DNA from: Octopus vulgaris
Lineage: Eukaryota
Direction: 5' to 3'
DNA: 64,000 nt
NCBI GenBank assembly: GCA_951406725.2
Contig: OX597833.1
Location: 55,366,001-55,430,000 of the forward strand
The position numbers were made by a program, and so were the translations under genes. This document shows, piece by piece, positions 13,603 through 27,159 of the stretch; within the stretch, counting starts at the first letter, position 1; every line of letters starts with the position of its first letter. The notes beneath the pieces are model-generated. The model saw nothing but the letters and a program-made list of their open reading frames with translations, was not told the DNA's origin and did no database searches.

Positions 13603-13989
13603 TCACACCTCTCAGGCCCTTTCGGCGACCTCTCAATGTTTATTTTCCTCTGACTTCCTCTCCATAGACAACACATACATGTATAATTTTCAAGATATTT
13701 ATCATGGAAAGTGCCAATTGTGAGGCAAAGAATATTGAAAAGAAAACTTTCTTTTTTTTTTTTCCTTTTTCCTTTTATTTCTCTTTGTTTTGTTTCGTTT
13801 TGTTTTCTGTTTTTCCTTTTCTTATTTAAATCACTTCTGCTCTGCCACTTTACAGGGTCATAGTAATTGAATCTATCTCGCGTTCTAAACTGGAACTGAC
13901 AGACTAATAAAAGACTTTCAAAGATGCTGTAACTCTTAATGGTTTTGAAATTCTCGGCAGTGTTCTTAACTGAGCTAGTTCTAACTGCA

Positions 13990-14026
<37 letters not shown>

Positions 14027-14268
14027 CTGACATTGGAATTCTAACATTTTGGTCAATCAGGCACATTAAGAGAGCCGCAGTGGGAAGAATTTACCCTGCA
14101 AAACCTTTAGTAATGCTGTTGTTTTTGTTTTGTTATATTTTTTTATATTTTGTTGTTTTTTTTCATAGTGGTACTGGCAAGCATTTTCTTTTTGCACTTC
14201 GGTTTGAAATCTTGAAACTGGTTATTTTAAATTCTTCATATACATCAGAAGTATCAGAATTATATATA

Positions 14269-14654
14269 GGCGCAGGAGTGGCTGTGTGGTAAGTAGCTTG
14301 TTTACCAACCACATGGTTCCGGGTTCAGTTCCACTGCGTGGCACCTTGGGCAAGTGTCTTCTACTATAGCCTCGGGCCGACCAAAGCCTTGTGAGTGGAT
14401 TTGGTAGATGGAAACTGAAAGAAGCCCGTCGTATATATGTATGTATGTATGTTTGTGTGTCTGTGTTTGTCCCCCTAGCGTTGCTTGACAACTGATGCTG
14501 GTGTGTTTACGTCACCGTAACTTAACGGTTCAGCAAAAGAGACCGATAGAATAAGTACTGGGCTTACAAAGAATAAGTCCCGGGGTCGATTTGCTCGACT
14601 AAAGGCAGTGCTCCAGCATGGCCGCAGTCAAAATGACTGAAACAAGTAAAAGAG
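14269..14654 (+). mobile_element. tRNA-derived SINE family A, full copy (more than 15 full or partial copies, e.g. about 1752, 9643, 24728, 27176, 30145, 49791, 54508 on +; 4740, 20068 on -)
   Basis: Pol III A/B-box-like head (TGGCTGTGTGG...GGTTCAGTTCC), internal TA/TG microsatellite, GACTGAAACAAGTAAAAGAG tail. Confidence 0.85.
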
Positions 14655-14656
14655 TG

Positions 14657-14856
<200 letters not shown>

Positions 14857-15252
14857 CACAGATGTTGCTCTTTGGTATAAAGCTTGCTTCCCAATGACAC
14901 AGTCCCAAGTTCAGTCCCACTGCATGGTACCTTGGGCAAGTGTCTTCTACTATAGCCTTGGATCGACCAAAGCCTTGTAAGTTTATTCAGTAAATGGAAC
15001 TAAAAGAAGCCTGTTGTATGTGTGTGTGTGTGTGTGTGTGCATTTATATATGTAGGTGCAGGAGTGGTTGTGTGGTAAGAAGCTTGCTTCCTAACCTCAT
15101 GGTTCCGGGTTCAGTTCCACTGTGTGGCACCTTGGACAAGTATCTTCTACTACAGCCTCAGTTTGACCAAAGCCTTGCAAGTGCAGAAAGAAGCCCATCG
15201 TGTATGTATGTATGTGTGTGTGTGTATGTATGTATGTATTTATTTATATATA

Positions 15253-15288
<36 letters not shown>

Positions 15289-16000
15289 CTAGCTGAATAA
15301 CCTGTCATTGCTGGGCAACTTTTACAATAGAATGTCTTATTATAAACTTTTATTTATTCCATGTCAGGCCCTGCCTTTCCTGACAGATAGGCCTCTTGAT
15401 TAGGACAGATTTGTGCAATTTTTTGCAAAAAAAAAAATTTTTGAGGATCTTTTCCCATTTTGAATTATTCATGTCTTTTCAACTGTTTCACATGACTTTA
15501 TTCATCAAAACTTATTAAAAACTTCACGAGTTCTCACAACTTTGGTTGCTTATGAACCCCTGCAATTCCCATTTCACTCTTCTGGATCTCCATAGCCATT
15601 CGATGAATATAAAAAAAAAATATCCTGCGTTTTTGTAATTAAATATTATTAGGAATTGTAGACAAAAATTGTGAAAATATTTTGTGCATTGTAGAAGTAT
15701 ACCCGGTTCATTGCACATGAATTTTCACTATAAAATCCTTTTAGTACCTCCCCCACCCCCAGGGTCATACGATCCCCAGGTGAAAACCACTGTTGGAGGG
15801 TATCACATTATCAAACTTGTTCTTCATTGATCATGCTTGCGGTTTGATTCGGATTGCATTTAGCTACTGTTTCTAGCAAGTCAAGATGGTGACAGTTCAA
15901 TTGACTGACCCAACTCCACCCTGCTTCCTCTTAAAAATTTCAATTTGTACCTGCATGTCAAAAATCACAATCTTTTACAAAACTCCAGTAGATTGGACAT

Positions 16001-16404
16001 CCTTCGTGTCCGATGGCATCACTTTGTCTCCAACAATTCGGTGCGACACCAGTGCAGAATCACCTCCCTCCGACAAGTCATCCTAAAGAGACGTCTGCAT
16101 TGGCTGGGTCATGCCCTCCGTCGTCAATCAGGAGAATTCATCTACGAAGCAATTGCCCCAGCTCCCCTTCAGGGTTGCCGAAAGCGATGTGGTGGACAAC
16201 AAAAAACCTGGCTGATGACAGTCAAGGCTGATCTGGAAACCAACCTAGGCCCCCAACTCTGCAGCGTTCGCCGCTGGAATAAGGAGTGGTTGGCTTCAAA
16301 ACACCAGGCCTGGTCAGCGTTTCTGAGAGATGCAGCATTGAGGATGAATGAAGCCAGCTCAACCCACTCCGGGTGAATGCTGTCAAGTCAAGTCAGTCAA
16401 GTCA
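16001..16404 (+). mobile_element. 5'-truncated RTE-type LINE 3' end with (CAAGT)n tail and 11-bp TSD
   Basis: Translates to ILRVRWHHFVSN...KRRLHWLGHALRR...KTW (RT C-terminal region); TSD AGATTGGACAT at 15990-16000 and 16405-16415. Confidence 0.88.
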
Positions 16405-16846
16405 AGATTGGACATGGAGTATTGTCTTACCCCTCACGTATCCGATAGTAACACCTATTTTTACAGCTCTTTCATTTAACAGTAATTACCACTATTAAAG
16501 GAAACCCCCCTCCACTCTTTTTTTTTTTTTTTTGCTTCTTTCTTTCGGAATATTAAGACATTGCAAGTGAGAGGATTCAATTGTCTTTATCAACCCTTTA
16601 CCAAGACATTAAATAACATTTTAGATACAGTTTTAACTTTCACTTTCTATTTTCTGATAGCTTTTAGACTTTTTCTCTGTTTTTGATTGTTTTGTTTTTT
16701 TTATTTTCATCTCCTTTACTTTGTTTCATTCCTTCTTTCTTTCATGTATTTTTTCCTTCTTTCTCTTTCCCTTCTCCTGTTTTTAGTTTTTTGTTTGTTT
16801 TTTTCTTTCTTTATATCTTTGTATCGTCTTTATTCTCCATCAACAG

Positions 16847-16888
16847 AAGACTTTGTGCAGTTATAGCAATCAAGTTATATTACATGAT
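16847..16888 (+). CDS. Candidate 42-nt micro-exon (KTLCSYSNQVILHD)
   Basis: About 170 nt of T-rich tract, then CAACAG acceptor and GTAATT donor; open in phase 0-0. No homology support. Confidence 0.3.
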
Positions 16889-17107
16889 GTAATTAATTTT
16901 GGAAGATTTTATTTAGAAGTTTCTTTGAATTTAATAATTAGAAATAATACAAAAATATAAGAACAAAGCAAAGCAAAGTAAAAAAAAAAAGAAAGAAACG
17001 TGCAATCAAAGAACATTACTTTACGAGAACTTTTATAAAGAAGTTAAAAATTATTTAGTTTAAACTGAATCATTGAGTCGGGTTTGTCAGATTTACAAAA
17101 AATTTCA

Positions 17108-17284
17108 CAGCAGGAGTGGCTGTGTGGTAAGTAGCTTGCTTACCAACCACATGGTTCCGGGTTCAGTCCCACTGTGTGGCATCTTGGGCAAGTGTCTTCT
17201 GCTATAGCCTCGGGCCGACCAAAGCCTTGTGAGTGGATTTGGTAGACAGAAACTGAAAGAAGCCCGTCGTATATATGTATATAG

Positions 17285-17332
<48 letters not shown>

Positions 17333-17546
17333 ATATGTTTGTGTGTCTGTGTTTGTCCCTCTAGCATTGCTTGACAACCGATGCTGGTGTGTTTACGTCC
17401 CCGTCACTTAGCGGTTCGGCAAAAGCGACCGATAGAATAAGTACTGGGCTTACAAAGAATAAGTCCCGGGGTCGATTTGCTCGACTAAAGGCAGTGCTCC
17501 AGCATGGCCGCAGTCAAATGACTGAAACAAGTAAAAGAGTAAAGAG
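17108..17546 (+). mobile_element. tRNA-derived SINE family A
   Basis: Colinear with 14269-14654. Confidence 0.85.
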
Positions 17547-17865
17547 CAGTACATGTACACACACACACAGAAGCCTGTTTGGTAACCAGGGCCCTCCGTG
17601 CCAAAGTCTGAAGATTCATGCTTCTTCGCAGGAATGATACAGCAAACAGTTTCCCATCACCCAATACCTGCTCATTTACAGTTTACTTTGCTAATCTTCT
17701 GCTCTGTTGAGCTTAGCCTAGAGACACTGGATCCATTTGACATTTCGGTCAGGGGAGTGGTTCATATGACATCGAGGCATGTTCATACACCAGTAGACCT
17801 TAGTGACACATATCTGGGGACCTATCTTCCTGCAAGTTTTGAATTCCTTAACCTCAGAACCATAA

Positions 17866-18336
17866 TTAACCCTTTCGTTACTGCATTTATTCTGAGATGC
17901 TCTGTGTTTCTTTCAATTACTTTAAATATAACAAAGAATTTAGTAAAATAACTTAGTTATCATTCAGCTTGTGTTAGGAACATAAATTGTGACTAAGGTT
18001 TGGTGGAAGGTTTTAATTCAAAACTTATGAGAACAAGACATTTGTACTCAGAGCCAGAGCCAATTTCAGCCAGGTTGGTATTGAAAGGGTTAAATTAATC
18101 ATTTGGTAACCCTTTTGTTACCATATTTCTGTTGAGATGTTCTGTCTTTCTTTCAATTACTTTAAATATAACAAAGAATTTAGTAAAATAACTTAGTTAT
18201 CATTCAGCTAGTGTTAGGAACATAAATTGTGACTAAGGTTTGATGTGGAAGATTTTAATTCAGAACTTATGAAAACAAGACATTTGTACTACAGAGCCAG
18301 AGGCAGTTTCAGCCAGGTTGGTATCAAAAGGGTTAA
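17866..18336 (+). mobile_element. Tandem pair of piggyBac-type MITEs (family M1)
   Basis: TTAA|CCCTTT...AAAGGG|TTAA ends; two units of about 225 bp. Confidence 0.8.
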
Positions 18337-19410
18337 GGATAGATAAAAAAAAAAAAAGAAGGATGTTCATTTGAAAACAGATTACACTATATTCTTATAG
18401 CTCTGAAGAACCCAGCATCTTTGTCCAATAGGTTTTGTGTTATAGTTCTGTTGCACCAGAATCTGAAGTAGATCTCAATTGTGGTACTCTTAGGACCCAA
18501 ATTTGGAATGTGCAGAAGTTCGTTAAAGCATTGCATTTTTGGTTTCAAGGGTGTAGCTAGGTTTCAAGGTGTAACTGTTGTAACTTTGACAAAGCACACA
18601 CCAATTCTGCAGTGCTCCCCCTGTTTATAGCTTAGAACTGTACGACATTATGCCATGCATTTAGATGAAGGTGGACGAAACCGTTAAACTGTATATATAA
18701 CACTATCGTGCCTGTTTAGAGGCTTGAACATGCGAAAGTTAATTATTGCAGTGATGTCCACATCACAACACCAGTGAAGGGATAAGAACTAATTACTATT
18801 TGAGTCGTTACTCTTTTAATTTATTAATCCAACACACTATGCTGATTGAAGCAAACCTATAAGTACTATATCAGCCCACTAAAAATAACAGTCAGATCTT
18901 CCTCAAATTATACCTTACCGACTTTGGAAAAAAGAAAATGCAAAGATTATACATAATATGTCCACAATGTATCCCTAGATATATATGATTGGATTGGATG
19001 GTCATGGTTGAAACAACTTTGATTGCAGTTTTTCTTAATCTGATCTGACCTAGAGCTGAACAGCAATAACAGCTTTAGTAGCTCTTCTAAATATTTAAAG
19101 CAGGAGTGGAGATCACTGCCCTTAGGGTGAAATTTAATCTGCATTCAAATATTAAATAATTTTGCTGTCATGATTTCAGTGAAGTCCATTTGCAAATCAA
19201 AAAAAAAAAAAAAAAAAATTTCAATCTTAGTCCATTTGCAGTTGACATGTTGTCAACCTGTCAAATCACTTCATGTCATTTCCAACTTGGAAACCATGTT
19301 GCTTTCACATCACTCCTGATTTGAAATTGTTTCATATTAACTTGAAGACATGTAACTTCATTTTTGATTTCAAGCCGAAGTCAGGTCAAATCATTTCAGT
19401 CAATTCCAAG

Positions 19411-19647
19411 TTGTACCTGCATGTCAAAAATCACAATCTTTTACGAACTCCAGTAGATTGGACATGGAGCATTGTCTTACCCCTCACATATCCGATAGTA
19501 ACACCTATTTTTACAGGTCTTTCATTTAACAGTAATTACCACTATTAAAGCAGAACCCCCACACACACTTTTTTTTTTGCTTCTTTCTTTTTGGAATATC
19601 AAGACATTGCAAGTGAGAGGATTCAATTGTCTTTATCAACCCTTTAC
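19411..19647 (+). repeat. Local duplicate of 15945-16601 lacking the LINE insertion (empty site)
   Basis: Near-identical sequence with a single AGATTGGACAT. Confidence 0.9.
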
Positions 19648-21645
19648 TGAGTCATGTTGACTTATAGAAACTTTCAGGAATTTTCTCCCCGTCCACATCA
19701 ACTTAACCCTTTTGATACTAACTTGGCCCAAATCACCTTCAGACCTGGTCCTGTCTATGATAGAAACTTCTTGATTGAATCTGTTAGCATTTAAGCCAGC
19801 CATATCAGGCCCAAATCATTCAACCTGTTTTATGTTCAAAGTGACCAGATTCAACCTTTCTTGCCTATCCTACAATGTCATTCTAAAAAACAAACAACCA
19901 CATCATCAAAATCATCTCAAGGTTACAAGATAATGTTTGAAATGGATGCAAGATAAACAGGAAGTGGGTGAAATATTTTCAGGGTTTTGTGAGGAAATGG
20001 CAAGTCGTTCTTGGAGTTAAGTTTCTGATAAACTATTATATTTACTTACAACTAAGCAATGGCTCTTTCTTTTACTTGTCTCAGTCATTTGGCTGCGGTC
20101 ATGCTGGAGCACCACCTTAAAGGGTTTTTTTAGTTGGAAGAAATCAACCCCAGGACTTATTCTTTGTAAGCTGAGTATTTATTCTGTCGGTCTTTTTTGC
20201 CGAACCACTAAGTTACGGGGACCTAAACACAACAACATCTGTTGTCAAGTAATGGTGGTGGTGGTAGTGGGGATACAAACATAGACACACAGACACACAA
20301 CATAAATATATATTGTCTGGCTCCCCATGCCAGTCCCCTCGCCCCGATTGGCTCCTGTGCCAGTGGCACGTAAAAAGCACAATATGAACGTGGCTGATGC
20401 CAGCCCCACCTTGACTGGCTCCTGTGCCGGTGGCATGTAAAAGTACCGTCCAAATGTGGTCGATGCCAGCCCCCTCTGGCCCTTGTGCCAGTGGCACGTA
20501 AAAAGCGCCCACTACACTCTCGGAGTGCTTAGTATTAGTAAGGGAATCTAGCCATAGAAACACTGCCAGATCAGATTGGAGCCTGTTGCAGGCTCCTGGC
20601 TTCCTAGACCCCCAGTCGAGCCATCCAACCCATGCCAGCATGGAAAACGGATATTAAATGATGATGATGGTGATGATATATGTTTATACAACAGGCTTCT
20701 TTCAGTTTCCGTCTACCACATCCATGCACAAGGCTTCGGTCAACCCAAGGCTATAGTAGAAGACACTTACCCAAGGTGTCACGCAGTGGGACTGAACCCG
20801 GAACCATGTGATTGGTAAGCCAGCTTCTTACCACACAGCCACGCCTGCTCTCTGTTTTAAAAAATTAATTTTTGTTTTAAACTCGATAATGTTTCTTTAT
20901 CACATGCTGTCACTGATCACAACTGAACTTTAATAGTTTCTTGATTAACCAATAAGAGAGTTTTCATGTCAGTGCTTCTCAGCCAGCGTCCGTTTGACTC
21001 CGTGGGAGTTCATATAGGATTCTGGTGCTCAAATTTCAGTGCAGTAAATCAGTTGTATTTATTTCTACAGTATTCAAAATATTTTAAGAATTTTTTCTTT
21101 TTATACAATTCCTAATAATATCTAATAACGAAGATATAATAGGATTCTTTAAACATCAAATAGTTATGATGGTTCATCCAAGTAAAACAGAAACGAGAAT
21201 CAAAAGTCTATAAGTAAAAAAAATGTTCGAGAACCACAGCTTTATACAATCATTTGACCTGCTAGAAATAGCATCCAGCTTTGATCCTTGGCAACAGTAT
21301 CAATAACTACTATAATTACGTAATTATATTTCATGTCACCTTCACATTTTTGAAACTTTGTTTAGTATTTTTTTCTTGTTTTTTTTTTTCCTCGACCAAT
21401 TTTTGTTAGTCATATTTCTGGCTTTGCTTTGTGCTCTTTCCAAAAATATTTTAATCAGTGATTATTGAATAATGGCTAAGAGTTAAAGAGACCAAAAAGT
21501 TGGAAGTTTCATGGTTCTAAATTCATCTTCTGAGAGCAAGAAGTTTAATGCTAATTATGGTGTAGTTACGTAAAATAATTTCTATTTCCATCTATCTATG
21601 TTTATACATACATACATACATATATATATATATGTGTGTGTGTGC

Positions 21646-21646
<1 letters not shown>

Positions 21647-21739
<93 letters not shown>
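21647..21739. repeat. (TA)n microsatellite
   Basis: Directly visible. Confidence 0.95.
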
Positions 21740-21741
<2 letters not shown>

Positions 21742-22467
21742 ATCAGTAAAAGTTAATCTTTACACATCTATTTCGGGGATAACGTTCAACATCAAAAATT
21801 CAAGATAAGATAGTTTTTAGGCTATTAACCACATCTTAGAAGATTAAAAAAAAAAATATATATATATTTAGTATTTACACCATCTCTGCTCGATGTAAAT
21901 ATTTATAAAGATGAAGTTAATAGTCTGAAAAATTATAATCTTATTAAATAGCAACTCATCTCAGACACTTAGATATTTAAATATATATAAAAAAATAATG
22001 GTCGGGTGGTGGGGGTTCTGCATTTTTTTGAAATAGTTAATAGAAAGAGTATGAGAGATGGGAAAGTAGGTATTGGTTATGTTTTACTGTCAGGTTTAAT
22101 AGTTAGTTAGCCCTTTGACTGAAACATTGCCCTTTACTCCTTGGTGAACTAATCCTAAAAACAAGGAGCAGGAATACATTCCAAACTGAGTAACATACCC
22201 TCTGCACCTCTACCTCCTCTTCTCTCCATTTCCCCTTCCTCTCCTTTCCCTGCCTCTTCTTCATTATCATCATCATAGATTGGATGAGACCATTGCAATC
22301 TGTGTCCTTTCTTATTCCTTCCTTATTGTGAGCTTTGCTCTCATAGACTGGCGCTTGTGTGCATCAATTTGACTTGGTTTCTCTGGCTGTTTGCCCTTCC
22401 TGTTGTTACCACTTTGCATTTTCTCATTTCATCAGCACTAAGAGTGGTTGATAAGTCTTCAGTGAAA

Positions 22468-22699
22468 GGCGGCGAGCTGGCAGAACCGTTAGCACGCCGG
22501 GCGAAATGCATAGCCGTATTTCATCTGTCGTTACGTTCTGGGTTCAAATTCCGCCGAGATCGACTTTGCCTTTCATCCTTTCGGGGGTCGATAAATTAAA
22601 TACCAGTTATGCACTGGAGTCGATGTAATCGACTTAATCCATTTGTCTGTCCTTGTTTGCCCCCTCTATGTTTAGCCCCTTGTGGGTAATAAAGAAACA
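22468..22699 (+). mobile_element. tRNA-derived SINE family B (central block resembles the Deu/Nin domain) with 18-bp TSD
   Basis: GGCGGCGAGCTGGCAGAA head; GCCTTTCATCCTTTCGGGGGTCGATAAA block; TSD GATAAGTCTTCAGTGAAA at 22450-22467 and 22700-22717. Other copies at about 7415-7630, 12330-12680, 34505-34735, 35848-36060, 59155-59320. Confidence 0.85.
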
Positions 22700-22999
22700 G
22701 ATAAGTCTTCAGTGAAAACAGGACTAAGATGACCCTGCCATCCACTATACAGTTTGCACTAGGTCTATTTTTCGTAACACCAGCACCAGTGAGGTTATCG
22801 AGTCCTCAGTGAGACAGAACTAATGGGCCTCTCAACCATACATAACCTCTGCTCGCCAATAACTCTAGAGGTGTGCATCATCATTGGAAAGGTAGGGGTA
22901 GTGTTCTTCAATCATTGTACTTGCATATGTGGTCAGGTCCATAAAAATACTGCTAGAGGATCTTCGAATTTTTTTCAGCCTCACTGTATATTGTTTCCA

Positions 23000-23391
23000 T
23001 GGAGGCGCAATGGCCCAGTGGTTAGGGCAGCGGACTCGTGGTCGTAGGATCGCGGTTTCGATTCCCAGACCGGGCGTTGTGAGTGTTTATTGAGCGAAAA
23101 CACCTAAAAGCTCCACGAGGCTCCGGCAGGGGATGGTGGTGATCCCTGCTGTACTCTTTCACCACAACTTTCTCTCACTCTTACTTCCTGTTTCTGTTGT
23201 ACCTGTATTTCAAAGGGCCGGCCTTGTCACTCTCTGTGTCATGCTGAATATCCCCGAGAACTACGTTAAGGGTACATGTGTCTGTGGAGTGCTCAGTCAC
23301 TTACACGTTAATTTCACGAGCAGGCTGTTCCGTTGATTCAGATCAACCGGAACCCTCATCGTCGGAACCGACGGAGTGCTTCCATCCATCC
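23000..23391 (+). mobile_element. tRNA-derived SINE family C, (TCCA)n tail, 12-bp TSD
   Basis: GGAGGCGCAATGGCCCAGTGGTTAGGGCAGCGGACTCG...GGTTTCGATTCCC head; TSD ATATTGTTTCCA at 22988-22999 and 23392-23403. Confidence 0.85.
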
Positions 23392-26300
23392 ATATTGTTT
23401 CCACTTTTCACTTGTTGTAATGTGACCATACTGTGTACAGTCGCTGTTATGAAAGAGTGTGCATGGAGAACCAGAATACAAGGTAACAAGTCAGGGATCT
23501 TCATCTCCAGCCCTGGAATGCTTTACTACTTCAGGTATCACCTGAAAAGCAAGATAGGGCTGGAGAGGAGACACCTGTCTAGAAGTATATATGAGAGAAG
23601 ATGGAAGGATGTGGTAAGGAAGTTGGGAGTGAGTGTCCCTACTTAATCTACCATGAGGGGGGAAAAAATAGGATGTAGCTGTTGGAGAGTAGACCAACAA
23701 TAAAAAAAATGTAAGGAAATCAAAATTTTTAATCATATAAATCATCTATTTTTAACTTGATATATTTTTGTGCAAAAAAAAATGAACTGAAAAAACTCGC
23801 TGAGTATTTCTTCATTAACGTTTTTGTATTGTCCTGTACTGTCCTTCTATATTAGATCTTATGGTCATAATAAAGAAATACTGTGTACATCCAGTGGTCT
23901 TCAGTACAGATTCCATCTATTCAAGTATTGCAATATCTTATTTCAACCCCTATAACTTATTATTATTATTATTATTTTTTCTTTTACTTCTATGTCTTAC
24001 TTGCTCTGGTTGATTCTGTGAGAGTGGACAACAACCTGTTGTCAGGGGTCTTGCAGGGTCTCTTTCCACAGATTATAAGCTTTGGTACTTGGATGTTAAC
24101 TCCTCTCGATAGACACCGACTCCGCCAAGGTTTACTTTGCCTTTCATCCTTACGGGGTCGATAAATCAAGTACCAGTTATGCACTGGAGTTGATATAGTC
24201 GACTTAATCCCTTTGTCTGTCCTTGTTTGTCCCCTCTATGTTTAGCCCCTTGTGGGCAATAAAGAAATAAGAAACCATGCCAAATAAGACTGGAGTCTGG
24301 TGCAGCCCCTCGGCTTACCAGCCCTGGTCAAACTGTCCATCCCATGCAGCATGGACAACGGATGTTAAATGATGAGGATGATGATAGTGATGATTATATA
24401 TGCATCATCATCATCATCATCATCATCGTTTAACATCCGTTTTCCATGCTAGCATAGGTTGAACGGTTCAACTGGGGTCTGGGAAGCCAGAAGGCTGCAC
24501 CAGGCCCAGTCTGATCTGGCAATGTTTCTACGGCTGGATGCCCTTCCTAATGCCAACCACTCCATGAGTGTAGTGAGTGCTTTTTATGTGCCACCTGCTG
24601 AAAATGTATCTATAACAGTACGCAGATTGCACGGGTCATACACAATTAAAGGAGTAACACGAAGGACTGAAGGACAAACCATAACTTCAGATTCAGTTCA
24701 GTGCAAAAACTCTGAGTATACAACAGACACAGGCATGGCTGTGTGGTTAAGTAGCTTGCTTTGCATCCATGTGGTTTCAGGTTCAGTCCCACTCTACGGC
24801 ACCTTGGGCAAGTGCTTTCTACTACAATAACCCCAAGCTGACCAATTCCTTGTAAGTAAATTTGGTTGATGGAAACTGTGTAAAAGCCCATTGTATGTGT
24901 GTGTGTGTGTTTGCCCCTCCCCCAACCGTTTGACAACTGATGTTGGTTTGTTTACATTCCTGTAACTTAGCAGATTAGCAAAAAAGTATCAGACTTAAAA
25001 ACTATGTACTGGGTCGATTTGAAGACAGTGCTTCAGCATGGCTGCAGTCCAATGACTGAAACCAGTAAAAGAAAATATTCTTTTTATTCTTTTTTATCTG
25101 TTTTAGTCATTTGTCTGCGACCATGCTGGAGCATAGATAAAAATCGATAATCTCTTCTGCTTTCCATGGGAAACGACACACCACTCATACACAATAATAA
25201 AAAAAAAAAAGAAAGAAAATATTTATGAGATGAAAAACTATTTATCCAACAATAGTTTCCGATTAGTATTATCGGGAGCCTCCTGCAACTCCTTATAATT
25301 TTGATTGTGTCTGACACAGTGTTTTATGCTTGCCCCGTGGGGAAGCCATACGACTGACTTCTATTAAAAACACGGGTGGAAAATGAGGTTTTGTAATTCA
25401 GTGGCTTACCTTGAGGGCAGACAGACGGACAAGTTTTTACTGTTCTGATGTATCTGACTCTGGGCCATCACTCAACTGATGTCAATATGGAAATGTGCAG
25501 AAAATAATGGTAAATTGTATGTAAAAAGTGTGGTGGTCAGGGTGGAGGGGGAGAAAAGAGAGTGTAGTGTAAGAATGTTTTAGTAAAAAAAAAGAAAAAG
25601 AAAAAAAAGACGGTGCCAGTCCTAGGATTAAGGACTGAGAACAATGCTGTTGTTTCTATTATCATCGTGGAAGCAAAGTACAACCGAAATATCACAGAAT
25701 ATTCTACAGAATTTATTGATTTATCATTAGCCCTCTTTTTGGTGTGTATTTAGAGAGCATTCGCAGAAAATTGCATCACAGTTTTTCCCCATCCTCCTCC
25801 CCTTCACTCACACATAACTTACATACACACTCTTTCACCCTTCCTCTCTCACTTCACTTTCTCTCTCTCTCCTCTCACACAGGCACTCTTTCTTCATTTT
25901 TTTTTACCTCTTCTTTTTTTTCTCTTCTCATCCTTCCACCAGATTGCATCATCTCCATCATCACCATTTTTCACCCATTTCTCTCGTTCTTGCTCTCCTC
26001 TCTTTCTGTCACCCTTCCTTATTATTGCACCCCTTTTCTCTCTCTCCCTCTCTCTCTTTCTTTCTCTCTCTCTCTCTCTATCTATCTATCTCTATCTCTC
26101 ACGCACATACACACACAAAGATTCTTAGCAGATCCCTATGGTATTGGTGCTTGATTCAGAGAGATGTAACTGTGTGAACTAACTGATATTAATGGTTAAA
26201 ATACACTAGAGAGCCCTGAGCAAAAGCTTCACCTGCGTGCACTCACACTCACACACACACACACACATACACACAGAGGAACAAAACAGTCTAAGATTTC

Positions 26301-26930
26301 TATTGTATAACTATAATAAAGAAATGGCCTTCAAAAATATTAAAAACGTTCCTTAAAAATGAAAATTTTAGCACTAAAGAAGAAAACTCATTTCCAAATA
26401 AGCTTTTAAGAAAAAAAATTCTTGCAAAATATTAAGAAAAATAAAGAAATAAAAAACTAATTATTTTAACCAATTTTTAATCTCTTTGTTCTTCTTGGTT
26501 TTATTATTTCTTTATATTTTTTTTCATTTTTGTGTTTTTGCATTTTCTCATTATTCTTAATTATATTAAAGGCAATAAAAGATTGTTAAAACAGTATGGC
26601 ACCTAAATTAAACGTAACATTTGTTTGTTTGTTTTTTACTTATTTCCTTTTGTTTTTTTGGGTTTTTTTTTTTTTGTCAGTAATTGGTTTGTTCTTGGTT
26701 GATTAGAAGCTGGGTTCAAATCTCACAACAGTTGCTTTAATTCGGAATCACAGTTTTGTCTTACATTCATTTCAAGATCAATAAATTAAATAGTAGCCCG
26801 TATTAGTTGATTGGGTGAAATCGTTAGGGCACAGGACAAAATGCTTTACAGTTATTTATTGTGGATCTTACCATCGAGAGTTCAAATTCAGCTGTGGTCA
26901 GTTTTTATCTTTCTATCCTCCTGAGGTTTG

Positions 26931-27159
26931 TTAACCCTTTCGTTTCCGTATTTATTTTGAGATGCTTTGTGTTTCTTTCAATTACTTTAAATACAACAAA
27001 GGATTTAGTAAAATAACTTAGTTATCACTCAGCTAGTGTTAGGAACATAAATTGTGACTAAGGTTTGGTCAAAGATTTTAGTTCAAAACTTTTGAAAACA
27101 AGACATTTATATTAAAGATCCAGAACCGGTTTCAGCCGGGTTGGTAACAAAAAGGTTAA
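26931..27159 (+). mobile_element. piggyBac-type MITE M1 monomer (other copies at about 43-270 on -, 8020-8227, 8278-8505, 35278-35505)
   Basis: TTAACCCTTT...AAAGGTTAA ends and the conserved M1 body. Confidence 0.78.

Noticed and set aside
23001-23075. tRNA genes at SINE heads
   Set aside because: A/B boxes are present, but the heads continue into SINE bodies with tails and TSDs and lack a complete cloverleaf.
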